Shown: piece by piece, positions 1-8,488 of the stretch | Position numbering within the stretch: position 1 is the stretch's first letter | Layout: each line of letters begins with the position of its first letter | DNA from: Actinomycetota bacterium | GTDB lineage: Bacteria > Actinomycetota > CALGFH01 | Reading direction: 5' to 3' | DNA length: 64,000 bases | NCBI GenBank assembly: GCA_040414855.1 | Contig: JBEDUQ010000081.1 | Span: 2,440 to 66,439 of the forward strand | The notes under the pieces: model-generated | What the model was told of the DNA's origin: nothing | Database searches by the model: none | Seen by the model: the letters and a program-made list of their open reading frames with translations, nothing else | Program-made: the position numbers and the translations under genes

Positions 1-146
1 TCCACCAGCTCCTTGTTGAACCGCTCCATGAACGCGCCGAGGGCGCCCATCTCCTCCGGCGTCCAGGCGCGCCGGTCGGCGGTCCCCTGGCCGCTGAGGA
101 CGTCGTAGTCCCGCTGCGACCCGTTGACCAGCAACATGAAGTTCAT
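1..146 (-). CDS. YciI/DGPF-like small protein, 5' part only (gene runs off the window start)
   Basis: Minus-strand ATG at 144-146 is preceded by GAGAGGAG. Translation MNFMLLVNGSQRDYDVLSGQGTADRRAWTPEEMGALGAFMERFNKELV resembles the N-terminus of YciI-related/DGPF proteins. It is absent from the ORF track because the window edge truncates it. Confidence 0.6.
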   Translation of the reverse strand, partial: MNFMLLVNGSQRDYDVLSGQGTADRRAWTPEEMGALGAFMERFNKELV

Positions 147-238
147 GAGCGCTCCTCTCCGCTCTGGCACCTTGGTGGTGCCGCTCAACAGAGACGTCGG
201 AGCCGGCGGCGCGCCCCGGACATCCACCGGGGTCGAGC

Positions 239-1645
239 CTACCGGCGACCGCGGAGAAGGTCGGCGACCTCGGCGATCCCCCGGCGGATGCCGCTCTCGG
301 TGACGTTGCCGAAGGCGAGCACCAGCTCGGGCGGGACGGTCGCGCGGTCGGCGCGGTAGTCGCTCATGCCGTACAGGCCGATGGATCGCTCCCGCGCCGC
401 CGCGACCACCGCCCGCTCGCCGGTCCCCGCGGGCAGCCGCGCCACCGCGTGGAACCCCGCGGCGAGCCCGGTCAGCTTCACCTCCGGGGCGTGCTCGGCG
501 AGCGCGTCGACCAGCGCCTGCCTGCGGGCGCCGTAGACGCTGCGCATGCGGCGCAGGTGGCGGTCGTAGCGTCCCGACTCGATCAGCCTGGCGAGCGCGA
601 GCTGCTCCAGCGCCGGCGAGCCCTTGTCGTCGACCCGCTTCTGCCAGGCGATCGCCTCGGCGAGCCACGCAGGGCAGGCGATCCAGCCCAGGCGCATGCC
701 CGGGCCCAGCGACTTGCTGACCGTGCCCATGGCCACCACCCGGTCGGGCGCCAGCCCCTGCACCGCCCCGACCGCCTGGCGGTCGTAGCGGAACTCGGCG
801 TCGTAGTCGTCCTCGAGCACCACGCCGTCGACCCGGTTGGCCCAGTCGATCAGGGCGTGGCGGCGCTCCGGCGCCAGCACCACGCCGGTCGGGGTCTGGT
901 GCGCCGGGGTGAGCACCACCGCGCGGGCGCCGCTGTGGGCCAGCGCGTCGACGTCGACGCCGCGCTCGTCGACCTTGATCGGCACCGCCTCCAGGCCGGC
1001 GCGCTCGGCGACGCCGTCGTTGTCGCGGTCGCCGGGGTCCTCGATCCCGACCCGCCGCACGCCCTGGAGGGCCAGCGCGCGCAGCACCAGGTTGACCCCC
1101 TGGGCGAAGCCGGTGCAGATCACCATCAGCTCCGGGTCGACGGCGGCGCCCCGGACCCGTCGCAGGTACGAGGCGAGCACCTGGCGCAGGGTCTGGAGGC
1201 CGCGCGGGTCGCCGTAGTCGACCGCGGCGGTGGGGGCGTGGCGCCCGGCCTCGTTGAGCGCCCACAGCCAGTCGCGCATCGGGAAGCTGGTCAGGTCGGG
1301 GACGCCGTAGCGGAAGTCGACCTCGAGCCGGGCGGCCGGCGCCGGCCTGGCGACCGGAGGCGGCGGCGTCACCGCGCCGGCGGCGACCCGGGTGGCCGAG
1401 CCGACCCGGGTGCTGAGGTAGCCCTCGGCCTCGAGCTGCTCGTAGCACTCCAGCACCAGCCCGCGCGAGATCCCCAGCTCGCGGGCCAGCGCGCGCGAGG
1501 AGGGCAGCCGCTCGCCCGCGCTTAGGCGGCCCGATCGGATCGCCTCGCGGAGCGCACGCTGGAGCTGGGAGCCCAGCGGCTCCCGGTGCTCCCGGTCCAG
1601 CCGAAGGAGCAGCTCAGGGCCCAGACCGGCCCATGCAACCGTCAC
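239..1645 (-). CDS. MocR/PdxR-type regulator (GntR wHTH fused to a PLP-dependent aminotransferase-like domain)
   Basis: ORF 239..1816. N-terminal GntR HTH (LPSSRALARELGISRGLVLECYEQLEAEGYL) followed by an aminotransferase class I/II-like body. The first ~57 aa of the tracked ORF are R/P/A-rich junk. GTG at 1645 (VTVAWAGLGPELL) is the plausible start. Confidence 0.85.
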   Translation of the reverse strand: MTVAWAGLGPELLLRLDREHREPLGSQLQRALREAIRSGRLSAGERLPSSRALARELGISRGLVLECYEQLEAEGYLSTRVGSATRVAAGAVTPPPPVARPAPAARLEVDFRYGVPDLTSFPMRDWLWALNEAGRHAPTAAVDYGDPRGLQTLRQVLASYLRRVRGAAVDPELMVICTGFAQGVNLVLRALALQGVRRVGIEDPGDRDNDGVAERAGLEAVPIKVDERGVDVDALAHSGARAVVLTPAHQTPTGVVLAPERRHALIDWANRVDGVVLEDDYDAEFRYDRQAVGAVQGLAPDRVVAMGTVSKSLGPGMRLGWIACPAWLAEAIAWQKRVDDKGSPALEQLALARLIESGRYDRHLRRMRSVYGARRQALVDALAEHAPEVKLTGLAAGFHAVARLPAGTGERAVVAAARERSIGLYGMSDYRADRATVPPELVLAFGNVTESGIRRGIAEVADLLRGRR

Positions 1646-1755
1646 GGCACGGCACCTTATCAGCCGTACCAGAGGGCCGGCCGCCGTTGGGCCGGCGAAT
1701 GGGCCCCGCGGTCCGGCGGTTGCCTCGCGGGTGCTCGGGCTGCGAGGCTCAGGCC

Positions 1756-3780
1756 ATGTGCTGCGAGGGGACCGGGCCGCTCCCGCTCCCCGCCGAGGCG
1801 ATCGAGGCGCTGGCACGCTACCGCCAGCTGCTCGAGGCGCGCGGCTGGGACTGGGGCGACGACCGCATCGACTTCTGGCGCTGGGAGCGATTCGCCGTGC
1901 TCGGGCCCGTGATCGAGGAGTTCATGACCCGCGGCGACTGGCCGGACGCGATCCGCTCGGTGATCGGCGACCGGGTACCGCCCGCCGTGGTGATGGTGCG
2001 GGTGGACGGCGACGGCCGGGCGCGCGCCGACCTGGGGCCGCCACGCACGGTGATCTCGGGCCGGCCGGCGCGGATCGACGTGGTGGTCGACTCGGCCTCG
2101 GACCGCGAGCTGTCCCTGTCGGTGGCCGGCGAGCCGGTGCGGGTGCGGCCGCGCGGCGCGGCGCTGGTCACCATCGAGCTCGAGTCGGCCGAGCCGGCGT
2201 TCACGGTCGAGCTCGGGGATCAGCGGCTGCCGGTCGAGGGCGCGATCGCCACCGCGGCCACGGCCGTGCTGCGGCTCGCCTCCCCGCGCTGCTCGCGATG
2301 GTCGGTCACCGATCCGAGCGGCGGGGCCTGGTTCCCGGAGGGGGTCCTCGCGAAGTGGGACGCGCACGGCCGGCCCTTCTTCCACGGACACGACCTGACC
2401 CTCTCGGTGCCGGCCGGGCCGCTCGAGGTGGTCTGCGCGCGCGGGCTCGAGTTCGACCGGACCACCGTCGACGTTCACGTCGACGCCCGCGAGACCCGCG
2501 CGGTGGAGTGCGACCCGCCACGGCTGTTCGATCCCGCCGCCGGCGGCTGGTACGGGGGCGACCTGCACGTCCACATGAACTACGGCGGCGACCTGGTCTG
2601 CGCGCCGGAGGACGCCGCCCGCATGCAGCTCGGCGAGGGCCTCCATCTGGCCAACCTGGTGGCCGGCAACTGCCTCACCTCGCTGGTCTACGACCGCGAG
2701 CTGCTGGAGGGCTTCGCCGGCCGGGACCTCCCCTGGCCGGGCGGCGGGATGCTCGCCCGGATGGGCGTTGAGTACCGCAACGACCTGCTCGGCCACGTCC
2801 ACGCCCTCGGCCCGTGCGCCGCGCCGGCCAGCTACCAGAGCGGCCACGAGCGCTCCGACCATCCGGAGGACTGGCCGCCCAACAAGACCGCCTGCGAAGC
2901 GCTCCGGGCTCTCGACGCCACCGTCGGCTACTGCCATCCGGCGCTCACCGACTTCCCGGACGGGTCGACCCGCGGCTTCTTCGACTACCCGCACTCGGTC
3001 GAGGCCAGGGAGCTGGTCGCCGACGCCGCCCTCGGGGTGGTCGACTCGATCGACCTGATCTCGCCGTTCAATGACCAGGGCGCGACCTACCTCTACCACC
3101 GGCTGCTCTCGTGCGGGCTGCGGCTGGCCGCGACCGCGGGGACCGATGTGTTCCTGTCCTTCTCGCAGCTCGGCACGGCGTCGAACCCTCCCGGCTGGGG
3201 CCGCGTCTACGCCCACCTCGACGACCGGCCGCTGTCGGTGGAGGCGTTCAAGGACGCCATCCGCCAGGGCCGCACCATGGTCACCAACGGCCCATGGCTG
3301 TCGCTGGAGGTGAACGGGCACGGCCCGGGCGCGGTGCTGGACCTGTCGGGCGGCGAGCGGGTCGAGGTCACCGCCAGGGTGGCCGGCCCTGGTGCGGAGT
3401 GGCTGCGGCTGGTCGGGCCCGACGGGACCCTGGCCGAGGGCGACCCCGGCTCCGAGCTGCGCTTGGAGGTCGCGACGGACGCGCCCACCTGGATCGCCGC
3501 GATGGCCGGCGGCGGCCGCCATCCCAACACGCTCGACCAGTCGGTCTTCGCCCACAGCACCCCGGTGTACGTCGACGTCGCCGGCCGGCGGGTCGCCCGG
3601 GCCACCGACGCGCGCTGGTGCCTGGAGCTGCTCGACGAGCTGGAGCGGTTCGCCGGCCGCCACGGCCACTTCGAGCCGGCGACTCGGGAGGAGCGCTTCG
3701 GCGACCTGGTCGCGGTGATCGAGGCCGCCCGCGGCTTCTACCGCGGCGTGGTTGAGTCAGCCGCCGTCGGCACCGCCTGA
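1756..3780 (+). CDS. PHP-like metal-dependent hydrolase (CehA/McbA-like), large N-terminal beta-rich region
   Basis: ORF 1633..3780. Motif WYGGDLHVHMNYGGD plus later His/Asp-rich segments (GHVHALGP, GYCHPAL, ATAGTDVF) are typical of the PHP/CehA-McbA family. ATG at 1756 follows GAGG. It is divergent from the MocR gene. The functional call is tentative. Confidence 0.6.
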   Translation: MCCEGTGPLPLPAEAIEALARYRQLLEARGWDWGDDRIDFWRWERFAVLGPVIEEFMTRGDWPDAIRSVIGDRVPPAVVMVRVDGDGRARADLGPPRTVISGRPARIDVVVDSASDRELSLSVAGEPVRVRPRGAALVTIELESAEPAFTVELGDQRLPVEGAIATAATAVLRLASPRCSRWSVTDPSGGAWFPEGVLAKWDAHGRPFFHGHDLTLSVPAGPLEVVCARGLEFDRTTVDVHVDARETRAVECDPPRLFDPAAGGWYGGDLHVHMNYGGDLVCAPEDAARMQLGEGLHLANLVAGNCLTSLVYDRELLEGFAGRDLPWPGGGMLARMGVEYRNDLLGHVHALGPCAAPASYQSGHERSDHPEDWPPNKTACEALRALDATVGYCHPALTDFPDGSTRGFFDYPHSVEARELVADAALGVVDSIDLISPFNDQGATYLYHRLLSCGLRLAATAGTDVFLSFSQLGTASNPPGWGRVYAHLDDRPLSVEAFKDAIRQGRTMVTNGPWLSLEVNGHGPGAVLDLSGGERVEVTARVAGPGAEWLRLVGPDGTLAEGDPGSELRLEVATDAPTWIAAMAGGGRHPNTLDQSVFAHSTPVYVDVAGRRVARATDARWCLELLDELERFAGRHGHFEPATREERFGDLVAVIEAARGFYRGVVESAAVGTA

Positions 3781-5019
3781 GGGCGCCAGGCTCGCGGCCC
3801 GCGACTCCAGGTAGTCGCGCTCGGGAAGGCTGGTGGTCCGCCGCGCGGCCGAACGGTAGCGGGCCAGGGCGCCGTCGCGGTCGCCGGCCATCTCCAGCAG
3901 GTGCGCGCGGACCGCGTCGAGGCGGTGATGGCCGGCGAGCTGACCGTCCCCCTCCAGGGCGTCCAGCAGCTCCAGCCCCGCCCGCGGGCCGTGGACCATC
4001 GCCACCGCGACCGCCCGGTTCAGGGTCACCATCGGGTTGGGCGCGACCCGCTCCAGCATCTCGTAGAGCGCCAGGATCTGCGGCCAGTCGGTGTCCTCGG
4101 CGCGGGCCGCCTCGTCGTGGACCGCGGCGATCGCCGCCTGGAGCTGGTATGGGCCCAGCGGCGCCCGCTGGAGCGTGCCGGTGACCAGCGCCACGCCCTC
4201 GCGGATCCGGGCCCTGTCCCACCGGGACCGGTCCTGCTCGGCCAGCGGGACCAGCGCGCCGTCGGGCCGCGTCCGCGACGGGCGCCGGGCGTCGGTCAGC
4301 AGCATCAGCGCCAGCAGCCCGGTCACCTCGCCGTCGCCGGGCAGCAGCTCGCGCAGCGCCCGCGTCAGCCGGATCGCCTCGGCGGTCAGGTCGGTGCGCT
4401 GAAGCCGCGGTCCCGAGGTGGCGGTGTAGCCCTCGTTGAAGACCAGGTAGAGCACGTGCAGCACCACCCGCAGCCGCTCGGCCCGCTCGCCGGGCGGAGG
4501 CAGCTCGAAACGCGCCCCGCTGCGCTTGATCGTCGCCTTGGCGCGGCTGATCCGCTGCGCCATGGTCGCCTCGGGGACCATGAAGGCCCGCGCGATCTCG
4601 GCGCTGGTGAGGCCGCCGACCGCCCGCAGGGTCAGGGCGATCTGCGACGGCGCCGACAGCGCCGGATGGCAGCACATGAAGAGCAGCGTCAGGGTGTCGT
4701 CGTGCTCGGGCGGCCGCTCGTCGCCGGGCCCGGGTCGCGCCGCCTCGACCGCCTCGGTGGTCGCGGCGGCGGCCTCCCGGCGGCGGCGCGCCTCCTCGCC
4801 GCGGAGCTGGTCGGTCAGCCGCCGCGAGGCGACCGTGACCAGCCAGCCGCGCGGGTAGTCGGGGAGCCCCTGCTCGGGCCACTGGACCGAGGCCGCCAGC
4901 AGCGCCTCCTGGACCGCGTCCTCGCAGGCGTCGAAGTGGCCGTAGCGGCGCACCAGGGCGCCGAGCACCTGTGGCGCCAGCTCGCGCAACAGGCCGTCGA
5001 ACCGCTCGCCGGAGTCCAC
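3757..5019 (-). CDS. ECF sigma factor with ~230 aa C-terminal helical/TPR-like extension (ECF42-like)
   Basis: 420 aa. Sigma-70 region 2 (DACEDAVQEALLAASVQWPEQGLPDYPRGWLVTVASRRLTD) and region 4 (LTLLFMCCHPALSAPSQIALTLRAVGGLTSAEIARAFMVPEATMAQRISRAK), then a long extension. GTG start lies 3 nt after the upstream response-regulator stop. Confidence 0.9.
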   Translation of the reverse strand: MDSGERFDGLLRELAPQVLGALVRRYGHFDACEDAVQEALLAASVQWPEQGLPDYPRGWLVTVASRRLTDQLRGEEARRRREAAAATTEAVEAARPGPGDERPPEHDDTLTLLFMCCHPALSAPSQIALTLRAVGGLTSAEIARAFMVPEATMAQRISRAKATIKRSGARFELPPPGERAERLRVVLHVLYLVFNEGYTATSGPRLQRTDLTAEAIRLTRALRELLPGDGEVTGLLALMLLTDARRPSRTRPDGALVPLAEQDRSRWDRARIREGVALVTGTLQRAPLGPYQLQAAIAAVHDEAARAEDTDWPQILALYEMLERVAPNPMVTLNRAVAVAMVHGPRAGLELLDALEGDGQLAGHHRLDAVRAHLLEMAGDRDGALARYRSAARRTTSLPERDYLESRAASLAPSGGADGG

Positions 5020-5022
5020 GGC

Positions 5023-5688
5023 TCAGCGGCCCACGATGCCGGCGTCGTGGGCGAGCAGCCCGGCCTGGGTGCGGTTGGCGCAGCCGAGCTTCTCGAGCGT
5101 GCGGGAGACGTAGCCCTTCACGGTCGCCTCGGAGAGGAAGAGCCGCGCCGCGATCTGGGCGTTCGAGAGCCCCTCGCCGAGCCCCTGGAGGACCTCCAGC
5201 TCGCGCTCGGTCAGCGAGTCGGCCAGCTCCCTGGCCCGCTGCCGGCTCGACTGCTGGTCGGTGGAGGCGGCGACCAGGCGCCGGGCGGCCGCGGGCGACA
5301 GCACCATATTGCCGTCGGCGGCGACCCGGACCAGGCCGATCAGGTCCTCCGGCGGCGTCGACTTGACCAGGAAGCCGGCGGCGCCGGCGCGCAGCGCCCG
5401 CAGCACGTACTGGTCGGCGTCGAAGGTGGTCAGCGCGACCACCGCCGGCGGGTCGGCGAACCTGGCGATCCGCTCGATCGCGGTCAGGCCGTCGACGCCG
5501 GGCATGCGCAGGTCCATCAGCACCACGTCGGGATGATTGCGCCGCACCGACTCGACCGCGGCGGCGCCGTCGTGCGCCTCGTCGACCACCTCGATGTCGC
5601 CGGAGGCGCCGAGGATGGTCCGCAGGTGGGCGCAGACCATCGGCTCGTCGTCGACCACGATCACCCGCACGGGCCGTCCGGCCGCCAT
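5023..5688 (-). CDS. NarL/LuxR-family response regulator
   Basis: C-terminal 221 aa of ORF 5023..6990. REC domain (VRVIVVDDEPMV...DVVLMDLRMPGVDG) plus LuxR HTH (LTERELEVLQGLGEGLSNAQIAARLFLSEATVKGY). Its ATG overlaps the kinase stop (ATGA). Confidence 0.93.
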   Translation of the reverse strand: MAAGRPVRVIVVDDEPMVCAHLRTILGASGDIEVVDEAHDGAAAVESVRRNHPDVVLMDLRMPGVDGLTAIERIARFADPPAVVALTTFDADQYVLRALRAGAAGFLVKSTPPEDLIGLVRVAADGNMVLSPAAARRLVAASTDQQSSRQRARELADSLTERELEVLQGLGEGLSNAQIAARLFLSEATVKGYVSRTLEKLGCANRTQAGLLAHDAGIVGR

Positions 5689-6908
5689 CAGCCGCCCACC
5701 GGGTCCGCTGTCGGGACGAACGCCGGCAGGGTCGCCTCCAGCAGGAAGCCTCCCTCGGCGTCCGGGCCGGCGCGCAGGCTGCCGCCGACCAGCTCGATGC
5801 GCCGGCGCAAGTTGGCGATGCCCATACCGGAGCCGGTCGCGGCCAGCACCGGGTCGGGCCGTCCGGTCGGCGCGGTGTTGCGGACGGTCACCCGCACCTG
5901 CCCAGGCTCGTAGCGCACCCGCACCGCCACCTCGGCGCCCGGCGCGTGCTTGCGTACGTTGGTCAGGGCCTCCCGCACGACCCGGTCGACGGTGCGCCCG
6001 ACCACCGGCGACGCCAGCGCCGGGTCGCCGTCCTCGACCAGCTCGGTGGGCACGCCGACGGCATTGGACTCCGCCGCCAGCGCGGCGAGCGCGTGGCCCG
6101 GCGGGAGCGACTCCTCGTGCGGCCGGTCGCCGTCGGGCTGCGTGCGGAGGATGCCGACCAGGTCGCGCAGCTCGTCCAGCGCCCGGCAGCCGGCCAGCCG
6201 CAGCTCCTCGGCCGCCTGGCGGGTCGCCTGGTCGGGCGCGGTCATCCGCAGCGCGCCGGCCTGGAGCACCATCAGGCTCACCCGGTGGGTGACCACGTCG
6301 TGCATCTCGCTGGCGAGCCGGGCGCGCTCCTCGGCGCGGGCCTGCTCGGCCAGCAGCTCCCGCTCGCGCTCCGCCCGCTCGGCGCGCTCGGTCAGGGCCC
6401 TGATCAGCCGCCTGCGGGCCTCGAAGTACATCGCCAGCAGCGGGCCGATCGCGATCCGCGCCAGGCCGATGGTGATGACCGTGACCGATGGCTGCCAGGG
6501 CCGCGCGACCACGATCGTGAGCACCGCCAGGGCGGCGTAGGTCCAGCGCCGGTCGATGCGGCACTGAAGCGGCGCGTAGGCGGCGAGCACGGTCGCGAAC
6601 GGCGCCCAGATGTTGCCCGGCTGCGCCGGCACCAGCAGGTGGGCCGGGGAGATCAGCAGGGTCACCAGCAGCGTGAACCCGGCCAGGATCCCGACCACCA
6701 GGAGCGGCGCGCGCCGGCGCAGCACCAGCGAGAAGCAGGCGAGCGCCTGGATCGCGAGCATCGCCCACGCGAGCTTCCCCGGGTTGGCCGGCCACCAGGA
6801 AGCGCCGATCAGCGTCAGCGTGGTGTCGAGGGCGACGAAGCCGAGCGCGAGCCCCAGGTCGAGGGCCAGCGCGCCTCTGGTTCTGGCCACGTCCGGGCCG
6901 CGGATCAT
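5688..6908 (-). CDS. Sensor histidine kinase (HisKA_3/NarX-like, polytopic N-terminus)
   Basis: ORF 5688..6965. H-box ARLASEMHDVVTHRVSLM and an HATPase_c G-boxes region (GSGMGIANLRRR). ATG at 6908 follows GAGAGG; the alternative start is 6965. Confidence 0.9.
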   Translation of the reverse strand: MIRGPDVARTRGALALDLGLALGFVALDTTLTLIGASWWPANPGKLAWAMLAIQALACFSLVLRRRAPLLVVGILAGFTLLVTLLISPAHLLVPAQPGNIWAPFATVLAAYAPLQCRIDRRWTYAALAVLTIVVARPWQPSVTVITIGLARIAIGPLLAMYFEARRRLIRALTERAERAERERELLAEQARAEERARLASEMHDVVTHRVSLMVLQAGALRMTAPDQATRQAAEELRLAGCRALDELRDLVGILRTQPDGDRPHEESLPPGHALAALAAESNAVGVPTELVEDGDPALASPVVGRTVDRVVREALTNVRKHAPGAEVAVRVRYEPGQVRVTVRNTAPTGRPDPVLAATGSGMGIANLRRRIELVGGSLRAGPDAEGGFLLEATLPAFVPTADPVGG

Positions 6909-7005
6909 GCCTCTCACCTGGCAAACGGTACTCCACCGACCGGTCCGGGACGTCAAGGTCACCACCTTCGGAGGGTCGGCTCCCTACCAAGGTCGTATGG
7001 CCGCC

Positions 7006-7049
7006 CCCGGGAGGCTCCGTTGGTCGCCCCGGGAGGCTCCGTTGGTCGC
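7006..7049. repeat. Perfect 22-bp tandem direct repeat (2 copies, CCCGGGAGGCTCCGTTGGTCGC) in a divergent promoter region
   Basis: Read directly: 7006-7027 equals 7028-7049, followed by a partial TCCGGGTCGCG. It lies between the kinase start (6908, minus) and the ABC ATPase start (7158, plus). Confidence 0.9.
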
Positions 7050-7157
7050 TCCGGGTCGCGACCCATCGCCCTACCGGCGGCCCACCCCCGCGCCGTGCAA
7101 TGGGTCCCGAACGATCGACGGCAATCGACAGGCAGTCACGCGACGAGGAGCGATCGA

Positions 7158-7934
7158 GTGATCGAAGTTCGGGACCTGACCAAACGATACGGCGGCACCA
7201 CCGCCGTCGGCCGGCTGTCGTTCGAGGTGCGGCCGGGCGTGGTGACCGGCTTCCTCGGCCCCAACGGGTCGGGGAAGTCGACCACCCTGCGAGTGATCCT
7301 CGGGCTGGACCACCCCACCGCCGGCAGCGCCACCGTGGACGGCCGCGCCTACGCCGACCTGCCGGCGCCGGTCGAGGCGGTCGGGGCGCTGCTCGACGCG
7401 GGCGCCGCAGACCGGGCGCGGACGGCCTACGACCACCTGCGCTGGGTGGCGCGGGCGGCGCGGCTGCCGCGCCGGCGGATCGGCGAGGTGCTCGACCTGG
7501 TCGGGCTCGGCGAGGTCGCCGGCCGACGGGTGCGGACCTTCTCGCTGGGGATGTCCCAGCGGCTCGGGGTCGCCACCGCGCTGCTTGGCGACCCGGGGAC
7601 GCTGATCCTCGACGAGCCGGTCAACGGTCTCGACCCCGAGGGGATCGCCTGGATCGGCGGGCTGCTCCGGCGGCTGGCCGCCGAGGGCAGGACCATGCTG
7701 ATCGCCAGCCACCACCTCGCCGAGGTGCAGCAGACCGCCGACGCGGTGGTGGTCATCGGGCGCGGCAGGCTGCTCGCGCAGGCGACCACCGCCGAGCTGA
7801 CCGCCGGCGGCCGCAGCCTCGCGGAGGCCTATCGGTCCCTCACCACCGCCAGCACCCAGTACCGGAGCCGGCCACAGAGCCAGCCGGCGACCCAACTCGC
7901 GGTCGACCGACCGCGCGAAAGGAGCAGCAGATGA
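7158..7934 (+). CDS. ABC transporter ATP-binding protein
   Basis: In frame with ORF 5946..7934. GTG at 7158 gives VIEVRDLTKRYGG. Walker A GPNGSGKST, signature LSLGMSQRL, Walker B LILDEP. Confidence 0.92.
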   Translation: MIEVRDLTKRYGGTTAVGRLSFEVRPGVVTGFLGPNGSGKSTTLRVILGLDHPTAGSATVDGRAYADLPAPVEAVGALLDAGAADRARTAYDHLRWVARAARLPRRRIGEVLDLVGLGEVAGRRVRTFSLGMSQRLGVATALLGDPGTLILDEPVNGLDPEGIAWIGGLLRRLAAEGRTMLIASHHLAEVQQTADAVVVIGRGRLLAQATTAELTAGGRSLAEAYRSLTTASTQYRSRPQSQPATQLAVDRPRERSSR

Positions 7935-8488
7935 CCGCCACCGACCTCACCCCCGGCACCCCCGACAGCCCGAGCGGCATGCGCGCGCCGGCGATCGGCG
8001 CCTACCGCATCGACCCCGCCCGCTCGACCGTCGCCTTCCGCACCCGCCATCTGTTCGGGCTCGCCCGGGTGAAAGGCAGCTTCAGCATCCGGCGAGGGCT
8101 GGTCGAGGTGACCGACCCGGCCGGCGAGTCGCGGGTCCAGGTCGAGATCGACGCCGCCAGCTTCCACACCGGCAACGGCCATCGTGACGGCGACGTCCGC
8201 TCGGCCAAGTTCCTGGACACCGGCCGGCACCCCTCGATGACCTTCGCCGCGCGGCGCCTGGAACGCGGGGCCGAGGGGGCCGCGCTGGTCGGGACGCTGA
8301 CGGTCAAGGGCGTCGAGCGTCCGGTGCGCCTGGCGATCGATCGCTGCGCGCGGAACGGGGACCCCCGCGGGTTCGTGGCCAGCGCCTCGGCGCGGATCGA
8401 CCGGACCGAGTTCGGCATCACCGCCTCGCGCGGGATGGCCGGCCGCTACCTGGACCTTTCGATCGAGGTCGTGGGGGTGCCGCGATGA
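7931..8488 (+). CDS. YceI-family (lipid/polyisoprenoid-binding-like) protein, no signal peptide
   Basis: C-terminal 185 aa of ORF 7100..8488. YRIDPARSTVAFRTRHLFGLARVKGSF...SFHTGNGHRDGDVRSAKFLD is the YceI signature region. ATGA overlaps are present at both ends (7931-7934 and 8485-8488). Confidence 0.85.
   Translation: MTATDLTPGTPDSPSGMRAPAIGAYRIDPARSTVAFRTRHLFGLARVKGSFSIRRGLVEVTDPAGESRVQVEIDAASFHTGNGHRDGDVRSAKFLDTGRHPSMTFAARRLERGAEGAALVGTLTVKGVERPVRLAIDRCARNGDPRGFVASASARIDRTEFGITASRGMAGRYLDLSIEVVGVPR

Noticed and set aside
449-5913. Very long ORFs in alternative frames or antisense to recognisable genes (for example 449..1525+, 1660..3669-, 1731..2771+, 3368..4882-, 3901..5913+; likewise 24832..27408-, 41592..42911-, 43379..45496-, 50161..52911+, 60200..63034+).
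   Set aside because: Their translations are low-complexity and R/A/G/P-rich, with no family motifs. They overlap ORFs that carry clear catalytic or structural signatures. Open frames of this kind are the expected by-product of stop-codon depletion in >70% GC DNA.
5023-6990. A 655-aa response regulator, and similar N-terminally extended ORFs (239..1816, 29086..30183, 36136..37080, 53290..55167, 54051..55514, 63010..63375).
   Set aside because: Only the C-terminal parts match known domains. Internal starts with an RBS or ATGA/GTGA coupling to the upstream gene explain the data better. The upstream extensions overlap neighbouring real genes.
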